Under the pieces are notes generated by a model, which searched no databases, was not told the origin of the DNA, and was given only the letters and a program-made list of their open reading frames with translations. DNA of 64,000 nucleotides from Rebecca billardiae RCC1528 (taxonomy: Eukaryota; Protista; Haptophyta), in the NCBI GenBank assembly GCA_965240325.2, contig OZ251254.1, positions 434,001-498,000 of the forward strand, written 5' to 3'. Below, one piece after another: positions 22,036 through 33,309 of this stretch. Numbering within the stretch: position 1 is the first letter of the stretch; every line of letters starts with the position of its first letter. The position numbers and the translations under genes were made by a program.

Positions 22036-22781
22036 GGCCGCGCCAGCTGCCGATCCGGCCGGGATCAACGATCCGGCGCCCGCAATCGGCGGCGGACTAA
22101 TACTATAAGCAGGCTTCCGGTATAGCACGGCGGTGCTGCGGGCACGCGCGGCCGTGACCGTGAGGCGGCGCTGCTGAATATCGGCGCAGAAATATATAGC
22201 CGCTATCGGCTATGACTCAGACTGATGCTGCGTGCTGCTATATTATAATAAGTTTAAATATTATATATATATTATATAATAAATTATATCTGTGGTATAA
22301 TGCGGCGCGGCCCTAATATCGATCTAAATCACAGGCCTGTCGCTGTCAGCTCCGGCTTGCCGCCCGGCAGCTCAAGCTGCGCGGTGCCCGTGAGACCGGA
22401 CTGAGTACGGACTGCTACTCAGCCAACTCGCCCTCGGACTACCGCGACCTGAGGCCGCTCAGCCGCCAGCCCGCGGCCCCGCGGGGCCCGGGCCCGGGGC
22501 CGCGACGGGGGCCGTGCCGGCGCGGGCCGGCGGTCCGCGGCCCGGATACCATCACCGGGCCCGCAGCGGCGGGCGGGCCGCTACTGCTGCTGACGCAGCC
22601 CACTGAGACGGGGTCGGATCCCGCCGATCTGGCCTCACTCGCAAGCTTCCAGTACATAGCTAAGGTGACCCTGCCCACGCCAGCGCGGGGTGCAGCCGCG
22701 CAGCCGCGCAGGCGCCATCTGCGCCGCGCTATGAACCGCCAACCGCACGCGCCCCGCACTCCCCCTCCGCGCTGCGCCTGC

Positions 22782-25630
22782 TCAGTTGCCCTCGCCCCGA
22801 GGCAGCAGCGGCGCCGCCGCCGCGGGCGGCGGCCGTGCAGCCGCGGGGCCGGCCCTTGCCGCCGCCGCCGCCGGCACCGCGGCGATCGCTCTTGCGCGCT
22901 CGTTGGGCGAGGCCACGCACAGCCCGTAGACTGCGCCGAGGACCTCTGCAGACAGACCTGGGCGGACCTTCTCCAGGTTGTCGAAGGCGAGCTTGAGCTG
23001 CGCGATCCCCTTCTGCACCTCGCGCTCGCGGTGAGTCCCCAGCAGCTGGGCGAACGAGCGGAGCGGCGCGGTGCGGCGCGGGGCGAGCCGGGTAGGGGTA
23101 GGGGTAGGGGTAGGGGTACGGGTGAGAGGCACCGCGGCCGCGGGCCGGCACGCGGCACGCGAGGTGTCGAGCTTGGATGACGAGCCCGCGCGCCGCGCCG
23201 CCTCGGCGCGCCCCCGCCCAGCCTTGGCGCGCCCCCGCCCCGCATCGGCGCGCCCCCGCCCCGCACCCCGCACCTTGGCGAGCACGGGCGCGACCACCAC
23301 AGGCACGCAGTTGAAGGGCGCGGCACTTGAGCTGTCGCCGCCAGCGGCCGCCATCCGCGCGGCGCCGTTCTCGACGGCGTGCGCAAGGTGCAGCGGCTCG
23401 AGAGGCTGCGTGGCGGCGAGCGAGCCGCGGCTGGCCGCGGCCGCGGCGGCGTGGTGCGGCGGCGCGGGCGCGCACGCCGCCGCGCCGCCGCCGCCGGGCT
23501 CGATGGCGAGGGGGTGGCCGTGCATGCGCGCGGTGCCGCCGTCGCGCGGGGCGGCGACGCAGCGCGCGCCGCCGCCGCCGCCGCTGGCGGAGACGGCTGA
23601 CGGTGTGCCCGGCGTGGACGAGGACGCGTCCACGCCGCCGCCGTTGGCCGCGGCGCGCGTGGGCGTGCCTGCGCCGCTTGGCGGCGCCGTCCGATTCGCC
23701 GCCACGCCGCCGCCGCCGCGCCGCCCGTCCGCCGTCCCGAAGTCCCAGCAGCTGCCGCCGTCGTTTTCGTCCACGCGAGACGCGTGTGCCCCGTGCGCCG
23801 CGCCGCCGCGCCGGCCTTCGCCGTTCTGCTGCTGCTCGGCGCTGCGGCGCGACGAGGGTTGGCTGCCTGCGCTGCTCTCGCCCGCGCCGCGCCCGCCCTG
23901 CGCGGCCGGGCCGCCCGACACTCGCCTGTACTGCGGCGCTGCGCTGCCCGCGCCGCCGCGCGCGCCCGTCGCTGCCTTGTGCTCTGCGACGAGCGCGCCG
24001 AGCGCGGCCGTCTCCCCGGCGCCGCGGATGAAGGGATGGTTGAGCAGCTCGCCCGCGGCCGGGCGCGCGCGCGCCGACTTGCACAGGCAGAGCGAGACAA
24101 ACTCGCGCATCTCGCGCGACCACGGCCCGTCGGCCTCCAGCTCGGGCGGCGGCGACTTCGGGATCTGCAGCAGGACCTTCATGGGGTGCAGGTGAGCCAG
24201 GGGCGGCTCACCGCGGCACAGCTCGATCGCGGTGATCCCTGCGCGGGCGGGCCGAGCGCGCGACGCGCGCGCGCGAGGGAGCGAGCGCGCGGTGCGCGGT
24301 GCGGTGCGGTGCGCGGCGGGTGGCGGCGACGCGCGGGGAGGGCGCGGGCGCGGTGGTGAGCTGGGGATGGCGACGGCGGTGCGCTCGGCCACTTGAGCGG
24401 CCCACTGCGGCCACCACCGGGCGCCGCGCCGCGCGAGCGGAGTGGAGCGGAGCAGCGCCGAGCGACCGCCGTCCTCAGCGCCCCCTGCGCACGCCGCCGC
24501 GCCCTGCCTCGCTCTCTCTCCCGCCAAACCTTCACCCTAGCCCTAACCCTACCCCTACCCCTGCCTCACAGTCCCTCCCGCTCGCTGCCGGCGGCACCGC
24601 CCTGCGCGCCCCGAGCGCGCCGCGCACCGAGCGACCAGATGTCCGCGCGCCAGTCGTAGTTCGACTGCGCGATCACCTCCGGCGCCATCCAGAACGGCGT
24701 CCCCACGAAAGTGTTCCGCTTGGACATGGTCTGCGTGAGCTGGCCAGCCACGCCAAAGTCAGCAAGCTTCACCGCGCCCGACGCGCAGAGGAGGATGTTC
24801 GCCGCTGCGCGGGAGCGGGGCGGACGGGGGCGCGAGGAGCGACGCCGTCACACCGTGCGCCCGCACCGAACGTGAGCGGCCGCGCACGCAGAGCGGCGCG
24901 AGCAGACGCGCCCCTCCGGCGGCGCGGCGGCGCGGAAGGCGCCGCGGCGCGCCGCCGCGCCGCCGCGCCGCGCGCAGGCTGGGCTCGCCGCGCCGCGCCC
25001 GGCCAGTGCCAGCGCACGCGGACGCGCCCGCCGGCCAGCTCCGGCCGGGCGGCCTGCCGACAGCCAGTGCACGGCCGCGCCATGCGCCCGCGTACACGCG
25101 CGCGCGCGCGCACACCCTTGATGTCCCGGTGAATCTTCCCCTCGGAGTGCAGGTAGTGCAAGCCGCGGAGCACCTCGCGCAGGATGACGGCCATCTCGCT
25201 CTCGCGCAGGCTGGTCGTCTGCATCACGTCGAGCACCGAGCCGCCGTCCACGAACTCCATCACGATCCACAGCGTCGTGCCATACACGCACGACGCGTGA
25301 TATCGCGTGACGTAGTCTGAGTTGCACGCCGAGATCATAGCGATCTCCTTCTGGATGTCGTCGATCTCGTCCTCGGCCTCCTCGAGGTTGATGAGCTTGA
25401 CGGCGACGCTCTCGCCCGTCTGCTTGACCCGCCTGCGCCGCGGCACGGCGAGGCAAGCGCGCCACGCGGCGCGCCTCGCGTGAGTGCCTAGCGCACACGG
25501 GGGGAGCGCCCGAGCCGCGCGCGCGGCGCGCGCACGCGGCGACGGACCCCTTGTACACCTTGCCAAACGAGCCCTGGCCCACAGCCTCGAGCAGCTCGTA
25601 ACGCTCGTGCGGATTCGCGCCGCGCGCCAT
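22782..25630 (-). CDS. STE20-family GCK-III Ser/Thr kinase (MST3/STK24/25-like). Exons 25630-25548, 25432-25116, 24804-24628, 24238-23274, 23045-22782
   Basis: [73 protein letters not shown]-terminal [14 protein letters not shown] resembles the GCK-III/PDCD10 dimerisation domain. Confidence 0.93.
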
Positions 25631-25983
25631 GCCTCGACGAGGGCGGGCGACGGTGACGAAGCCGTGCGGCGGCGGCCGCGACGAACAGCGCGCTGGCGGG
25701 TAGGAGCGGGCCGCTGTCAAAATAGGGCCGGAACTCATCATTGTCGATCGTCATCGGAGTGTCGACTCGACACAAGACTGCTCATCGTGTGACTCGTCAA
25801 TGATCAGGCAGATCTGGAGCCACTGTCACAGACCATGAATTTCTGTGATCAAGTTCTTGCCACTGTGTTGAAAGGTTATCTATAAACCGCTTCCCAGCGA
25901 GAATCGGGAATCCCGATTCCCAGTACTGGAGCTGGAGGAACAAGGGGCTAGCCATGCGGGTACCTTCCTTGCTTACTGTATTA

Positions 25984-28507
25984 CCGATTTTGGGCAACTG
26001 AAAACATGATTCTGCACTTTTTTGAAAAACGCACTTCAAAAAGTTTCAACTTTTGAAAACCGGATTTAAAACATGTTTTGTTTTGTTTTTGGAAAAGAAG
26101 TTTTGCCAAAACGAAACAAAAACCGAAAACTTTTTTCAAAACCTGTTTTCAAAACGTGTTTTCAAAAAGTGCAAACCTGTTTTCCCTTTTTCAAAAACGT
26201 TTTCACTTTTTGTCTTTTTCCAAAAAGTGACGCTCGAAAACACACGGTGAACAGAATGGCGGCCAAATGTTCACTTTAGGGTGCCGCCGCGCGACGCGGG
26301 CCGGCGGCCTAGTAAGAACCCTGAGCCGGCGCGGACGGGCACTGGCAGGTGCGCAACCACCCAACACATGCTCCAGGCACCGCTCACCAGCCCCTCACTT
26401 CGTCTCCTCGTCTATTACTGCCCGCGACACGCGCGAATGTCATCTCAATCGCCCTGGCGTCGCGCGACCGCGCGGCCGCGCGCGCATGCGGTGCGCAGGC
26501 GTCAGATGGCGGAGGTGGTGATGCGGTGCGACGCGCATGGACGATCTCGCGCAGACGCACCTCGCTCGCAGGCCCGCTGCCACTGGATGCGCCCGGCTGC
26601 ACCGTCCGTTTGCTGCGCGCAGTCGCAGCCGGCCGTTCTTGTCGACGGTGTTGGTGCGCTTCTTCATGATCTTCATCTTGCCCACGATCACCTGCTTGGC
26701 GGCCTGCTCGACGCGGCCAGCTCGCGGCATGCTCGTGCCGCGTCTGTTCGAGCTCAGCCCGCCCGCCCGGCACGTGCGGTCGCGGAACGTGTTGCCGATG
26801 ATCTTGCCGTCGTGCTCCGACGCTTGTGTGCTCGCGCGGTGCAGCTCGCCGCCGAGTCGCACGATGGCGCGAAGGGCGATGGCGACGACCACGTGCGGGT
26901 GGCACGCGACCGTGCTCGTCCACCGCTTGAGCTCACGCACATACGCGCACCTGGCGTTGAGCGCAGCAAGCACCATCACCTTCACCTCCGCGGCGGTCGT
27001 CGGACGCCGCCGACGAGTTCGCGCACCGCCACCAACCACAGTCGGCAGAAGTCCTCACACGTGAGCTGCGGCTGCTGCGGTGCCTGAGCAGCGTTGGCGT
27101 AGCCCTCGCACGGCACGTTGGCGTCACGCGCGTGCTGCATCCTCTGCTGCCCGCCGTCACCGGCGTGGCCCTGGCCCTGGCGGTACCTGGCCGCACGCGG
27201 CGCGCACTACGACTCGTCGTGTCCGCCGACTTTGCGTCTGCCGACGGCTCGGTCCACACTGATCGTCAGCCCTGGGCTCCGCGGCCGTGCAGCGTCACTG
27301 CTGTCGTGCGACGATCGCATCGATATGACTCACAGCGACTCACGCGTACTTGTGTCGTAGTAGTATGGCAGCGTCATGCACGGCATCAGACGACTGATGA
27401 CGAGGGCTCCTGCCCGAAGCGCACGGGCCCGCGGAGGCGGATGAATCATGTTAAAAGTCGAAAGACATGATCGGCTCGTCCGGACGCGCGCATCATCACG
27501 CTGCTCGTCGCGCCCAGATTCCGCTGCTCGCCATGATGACGAACGAAGCACGGACTCCTGCAGGCCGATGTGCTCAGCGGCGCGCTTACTGCGTCGGCGA
27601 CAGGATCCTCCATCAGCTCCCGCCCCTGGCCCTGTCGCAGCAGGGCACGGCTGAGGGTCACACCCGCTGATGGCCGGGCGAGACCAAGCATCAAGCGCGC
27701 ACGCATGCGCGGTCGCCGCGGCGCACTCGCGCGCACCACCGGAACCTCAACGGTCTTCTTGCGCGTCATGCGGATGACCTGCATTGCCCTGCAGACGGTC
27801 GGCTCGCTGACGCTCAGGCCATACCACAGCGCAAGGCGTGCACACGTTTGCGCCAGCGTGTCTCGCGGGTACATCTTGACGAGTGCTTTCAGCAGGAAGA
27901 GCTGGGGCAGGTCGAAGATCGGCGGGCCAGAGGACGCGACGCCGCCCGACTGCGTGCTCACGATCTGCTGCGTCGCGAGGTACTCCCGCACCCACTTGAA
28001 CACGGTCGATTTGGCGACGCCCGTGAGTTGAGCGATCTCGTCGTACGTGCACGACGAGTTGCCCGCGCGCAGTCGGAGGGCAGTCCCCACGACGCGCTGC
28101 CGAAGAACCACGTCGTAGCTCCTACCCTGTCGGTACACGCCGTTGTGCGCGTTGACTGCGATCCGCGGCCGTGGCTCGCGCGGCATCTCCTGTCGCCGCC
28201 GATTGCCCCGCCGCGCGACGCGGTGGACAACGGTCTTTCTTTCCTCGCTCCAAGAAAACTTTTTCAAAACAAAACTTGTTTTCAAAACACGTTTTGAAAA
28301 CTTAAGTTTTGTTTTGTTTTTTTGAAACACGTTTTGAAAACTTGTTTTGAAAACGTTTTTCAAAAAAACAAAGCAAAACAAGTTTTTCGAAAACATTTTT
28401 TCAAAAAGATGTTTTGTCCAAAACATGTTTCAAAAAAGGAAAAAAGATCAAAAAACAAAACAAAACTTGCAAAAACGAAATGCATGTTTTCAGTTGCCCA
28501 AAATCGG
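25984..28507 (-). mobile_element. IS630/Tc1/mariner-like DNA transposon (2.5 kb) with a TA target duplication
   Basis: TA|CCGATTTTGGGCAACTGAAAACATG ... CATGTTTTCAGTTGCCCAAAATCGG|TA. About 250-bp TTTTGAAAA-type arrays inside both ends, plus a transposase HTH ORF. Confidence 0.92.
26440..28186 (-). pseudogene. IS630-like transposase with an intact N-terminal HTH region and a degenerate catalytic part
   Basis: GRSYDVVLRQRVV..YDEIAQLTGVAKSTVFKWVREY..YPRDTL..VSEPTVCRAM..MTRKK. Downstream only fragments remain (HDES*, VMVLAALN), with stops and frameshifts. Confidence 0.65.
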
Positions 28508-28543
28508 TAATATTGATGGTCCAAGTGTGAGCGGCGAGTCGCC

Positions 28544-30046
28544 ATGGCGGCCGCGTCGCCGCGGCGCCGCCGCCCAAGGAGGAGCCTCGTGCTCGCGGTG
28601 GTGGTGGCCGCAGCGCTCTGCCTCGCGCTCGTCGGGACGAGCTTCACGAGACGCACCCGCGTCGCCCGGCCCAGACCCGTCGCCGCGTGCAACTTTGGCG
28701 GCACGCCGCGCGGCGACGCGCACGCGTCGGCGTGCGCGTGCGAGGACGCCTGGGACGAGCCGTCGCGGTGCGCGGCGCTACGCCTCGGCGAGGCGCGCGA
28801 GTCCATCGCGCTGGGTGGCGGCGGCCCAGGCGACACCGACGGCTGGTCCGTCTGGGGCGCCTCGGTCCTCGAGCACGGCGGCGTGTACCACGCCTTCGCC
28901 TCGCTGATCGCCAATCGGTGCCCGGTGTTCCCGCACTATTGGCTCTCCAACTCGGTCGTGGTGCGCGCGGAGAGCGCGTCGGCGGACGGGCCGTTCCGCG
29001 TGCTCGAGCTCGTGCTCGGTCCGGAGGACGCCGACGTCGGCGCCATCCCGCGCGCGCCCCGCGCACCCTCCCGCGGCGTGCAGCCGCGCGGCGGCGCTGC
29101 GGCGGGGGCGCCGCCTCGCTTTGACGACGCCATGGCCCACAACCCGACGGTCCACGTCGCGCCCGACGGCTCCATTCTGCTCTACTACACGGGCGCGTCG
29201 CTCGGTGGCACCGCGCACGCGCCGCGGCCGCAGTGCGCCGGCGGCGCCCGCCCCGTGCTCGCCGCCGAGCACGTCGACAAGCTGCGAGCGTCACAGCGCA
29301 TCGGCGTCGCGCGCGCGCCGTCGCCGCTCGGACCGTGGACGCTCGGCGCGGGGCCCGTGCTCGCGCCCTCTGCGGAGCCGGGTGCGTGGGATGGCGGCTT
29401 CGTGACCAACCCGATGCCCGTCGTGCTGCGCAACGGCACCGTGCTGCTCGGGTACAAGGGGGTGCAGTCCGGCCGGCCGCTGCGCATGCGCCTTGGCCTC
29501 GCGCGCGCGCGCGCGTGGACAGACGACCGGTGCGAGCGCCTCACGCCGGCGGCGCCCCTCTTCCCGGAGCTGTGCGCCAACGTGACCCCCGCGTGGAAGT
29601 GCCAGGTGGAGGATGGGTTCATGTGGCGCGCGCGCGCGAGCGAGCACGACGGCGCCGAGCCGGACGCGCGGCCGTTCCACCTCCTCTTCAAAGATCAGCA
29701 TGGGGTCCTCGGCGCGGAGGCCGGAGGCGGCATTCACGCCGTCTCCGCCGACGGCCTCCGCTGGCGGCTTGCGCGGCCGCGCGTGGCGTACGACCGGACG
29801 GTGCGCTGGGCGACGGCCGAGGCGGCCAGCCGGCGAGGCGGGCCGCGGGGCGGCGGCGAGGAGGAGGACGAGCGCGACCCTCTCCCTGAGCGCACGACGC
29901 GGCTGCGCCTGCGCGAGCGCACGCAGCTGCTGCGGGGCGCGGACGGTGGCGTGCGGCTCACGCACGCGTATCACGCGGCGAGCGACGGCGTCCACGAACA
30001 CACGTTCAACCTCGTCACCCGCATTGGTCGCCACAGCAGATTCTGA
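28544..30046 (+). CDS. GH43/GH117-like five-bladed beta-propeller glycoside hydrolase with a type II anchor
   Basis: WSVWGASV..GVYHAFAS, NSVVVRAES...DGPF, HNPTV, QRIGVA...PLGPW, WD..VTNP, VEDGFMW, RERTQLL. Confidence 0.8.
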   Translation: MAAASPRRRRPRRSLVLAVVVAAALCLALVGTSFTRRTRVARPRPVAACNFGGTPRGDAHASACACEDAWDEPSRCAALRLGEARESIALGGGGPGDTDGWSVWGASVLEHGGVYHAFASLIANRCPVFPHYWLSNSVVVRAESASADGPFRVLELVLGPEDADVGAIPRAPRAPSRGVQPRGGAAAGAPPRFDDAMAHNPTVHVAPDGSILLYYTGASLGGTAHAPRPQCAGGARPVLAAEHVDKLRASQRIGVARAPSPLGPWTLGAGPVLAPSAEPGAWDGGFVTNPMPVVLRNGTVLLGYKGVQSGRPLRMRLGLARARAWTDDRCERLTPAAPLFPELCANVTPAWKCQVEDGFMWRARASEHDGAEPDARPFHLLFKDQHGVLGAEAGGGIHAVSADGLRWRLARPRVAYDRTVRWATAEAASRRGGPRGGGEEEDERDPLPERTTRLRLRERTQLLRGADGGVRLTHAYHAASDGVHEHTFNLVTRIGRHSRF

Positions 30047-31371
30047 ACCATATGCTGGCACTCATCCATGCCATGCAGCGCATCTGGTCCCGCGGCGACT
30101 TCAGTCTACTGATAAGCTGCACTAGTACCGCGTGCCGCGCAGGCGCGTGCGGGCGCGGGCGGCGCGGCGCTGCGGGCGGCACCGGGCCGACGGGCCGGCA
30201 CCAGCAGCTTATACTGCTGCGCTGCTAGCTGCTGCGCTATATAGTCGTCGACGTTACTGCTATAGCAGCGCTAGGACGACCGCCTAGGTGTGGGCCGCTC
30301 GCGGCGGAACACGGGACGCTACGGTGCGGTGCGGCTGGCCAGTGCCGCGCCAGGCGGCGGCACTGGCCCGAGTGGCCCGTGGCCCGGCGGTCCGGCCCGC
30401 ACTCGATCTTCCGGCAGCGACGTCAGGCTGGTCACGGTGGGCCTGGCGGTGGCGCCGCCTACTTATTTAGCCGGCCGCAGTATACCGCCGTCTGATGAGA
30501 AACTGGCTTGTAGTTGATCAATATGGGCAGCATGAGGTGAATGAATAGGGACGGTACAGCAGTGCAGGACGACAGCTGCTTTTGTGACATTACCGGGCCA
30601 CGCATGGCATCACATCGCATGTGAATCGGTGTCAGCAAGGTCCGACACAGATTGTCTGACGGGCCACTGGTGCGGAAGGCGCGGCGGTCAGCCGCGGCGC
30701 GCGGACTCCGACGCTGACCGAGCGCCAGGGCCGCTTTGACTGGCGTGCCAGGCCGTCCGGCGCATTAGCGGGGAGCGAGTGCCGTGTCAGGCGTGCGCGC
30801 TGTGCCAAATCCGTGCAGCGATATCGGAGGGCGCCTGCTGCGCTGTACATGTGCGTGCCTCCACTGAAAAGTAAATCGCATGCACAGTTGACTACTAATA
30901 AGAGACGCACACAGCTCAGGCAGGCGACAGACAAGTCGGCCGTACAGGGGGGCCGCCATTGCTCGGCCCAGCTGTTTGGTGAGTGAGTTACCCATTTATC
31001 CACTTACCCGCCACATGCTGACCACATAATGACGGATCGAACATCACTTGATGACAGTCTCAAGGCACACCAGTAAGTCGTTATTAATTAGGCCAGCCTG
31101 ATGAGTGGGGTTTATGAACGAGTTTGATGGTTGACCGACTCGAAATCTCGTTTGCCCGCCGTCCATCTTGTATGAGGATGTATGACAATGAGTAAATACG
31201 TCAATAAGACGTTGCAAAGTGAAGCCAAGTTGGGCTGGGCAGACAACCCAGCTCGCCCCGCCCGGACACGGGCGCATCACGCCGATCCACTGTTGCGCCT
31301 TGCGCCCCCACGCCCACCTATCGTCGATCACCAGGGGCGCCGCCACCCACTCGAAGGCTGGCGTCGCGCGC

Positions 31372-33258
31372 ATGGAGGCCTCTCCCGCACGCGAGGACCG
31401 CGGGGCGACCGTGCACCCGATGCCGCCCGCCGTGGACGATCCCGAGCGGGCAGACCCCGCGTCCTTCCGCGTGCCCTCCGCCGCCTTCGACGACGCCGAC
31501 CACCTTTCCGCCTCGCCGCCAGATTTCACGTGGTGGCAGGCGCGCTTCCGCGACCCGGCGGTCGAGGTCGAGTACCTGACGCGCGAGCTGATCCCCACGC
31601 TCGAGCGGCGGGGGATGGTCGCGGGCGTCGCGCTCTCGTGCATGTGGTTCGCCATGCTCGTCGCCGAGCTCGTCGCCTCGTCGGGCGCCCCGACCGCCGC
31701 GGTGTGGCTTTGCACAGCCTGCGCGCTCGCCGCTCTGGCCATCATCGGCGTCGCGCGCACGCCGGCGCGGCTGGTGGCGCAGCTGCGCGTGCGGCTGATA
31801 GACTCGTGCGTCCTGCTCTCGCTCGTCGCGCAGACCGTCGGGCTGCTCATCATCCTCTCGCCGCCGCTGAGCGGCGCGATGTTTGGCGAGCGCGCCGAGG
31901 CGGTTGCGGGGCCGCAGCCGGGCGCGCCGCCGCCCGGCTGGATGCCGCCGGCGTCGCAGCCGTCGTACGAGGGCGAGGCGCTGCTGCACGTGCTCGTGCT
32001 GCCCGTCATCGTCGCGATCTTCCTCCCCGTGCACCCGCTGCGCTTCGGCGCCTTCGCCGCGCTGCTCGCGGTGCTTCCGACGCTCCTCCGCGCAGCGGTC
32101 GGGCTGCCGGCGACGACGGCGGTCTCGACTCGGCTCACGTTCGTGGCGTTGCTCGCCGTGCTGTTCGGGGCGCACCTGCACCTCGCGCTGCTGCAGCGCT
32201 CGCAGTTCCACTCCACGCGCTCGCTGCGCACCGCCGTCGTCACCGTGCACCGCGAGAAGAGCGCCATGCAACAGCTGGAGCGCGCGGAGGCGGAGCAGGC
32301 GGCGCAGCTGCGCTCGACCGAGGCGGCGCAGAACGCGCGCTCGCGGCTGATCCGGATGGTGATGCACGGTGCGTGCGTGCGTGCGCGGCTGCTGCGTGGC
32401 GCGGCGCGGTCGCGCGCGCGCGGGCGGGCGGCTGCGCGCGCGCGCGCAACCGCGCACCAGCCGCGTGCTCACCAGCCCCCCGCCCGCCGCGCGCGCGCCG
32501 CGCGGCTCGCCGCGCTGCGGCCGCGCCCGCCCGCGCGCGACACACGCCTGGCGCCGCGCCGCGCAGACCTGCGCTCGCCGCTGCTCTCGGTGAACAACCT
32601 GGCGACGTCGCTCGCCGCGATGCCGCCGAGCACGCAGGTCGGCGCGGACGAGGTCCAGGGCTCCTTCCGCGCGCTCGGCGTCTGCGCCTCGCTAATGGAA
32701 TGCATCGTGTCTGACATGCTGGACTTTGAGCGCATCGACTCGGGGTCCGTAGTCCTGGTGAAGGCGCCGTTCCGGCTGGAGCGGCTGCTGGCGGACGCGC
32801 TGGCGAGCTTCGCGGGGATCGCGCGGGCGAAGGGCGTGCTGCTCTCCGTCGAGGAGGTCCCGGACGCGATCTCGCGCGCCATGTTCGTCGGCGACGCGCG
32901 CCGGCTGCTGCAGTGCCTAAATAACGGTCTTTCCAACGCGGTGAAATTTACCGAGCGCGGCGGCACGGTCCGGCTGCGCACGTGGCTCGGCGTCGGGGAC
33001 AGGGACGCGACGGCGGTGAGCGAGGGCGTGTGGTTCAAGGTGCACATCGCCGTCATCGACTCGGGCGCGGGGATCGACAAGGACGAGCTGGCCGCCCTCA
33101 ACTCCGGGTCACTCTTTGAGCAGGTGAGCGGCCCGCGCGCCTGCGCGCGCGCGGCCGGTCGCCTGTGCTCGCGTGGCTGCGCGCCTGCGCTCGCGCGGCC
33201 GCGCGCACGTGTGCCACGCACCCGCCGCCGGGACTGCTGCGGCGGCGGCGGCCGCGAG

Positions 33259-33309
<51 letters not shown>

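Noticed and set aside
26280-27750. Possible Fanzor/TnpB cargo in the IS630-like element
   Set aside because: No RuvC D-E-D motifs or CxxC..CxxC..RDxNAA zinc-finger signature were seen in the frames inspected.
20170-30915. Shared 14-mer AGAGACGCACACAG at about 20170 and 30901
   Set aside because: A few exact 14-mer matches are expected by chance in 64 kb and the flanks do not extend the match.
30490-31150. CTGATGA...GAAA hammerhead-like cores at about 30492 and 31095-31145
   Set aside because: I could not build canonical stems I-III. An Infernal search would settle it.
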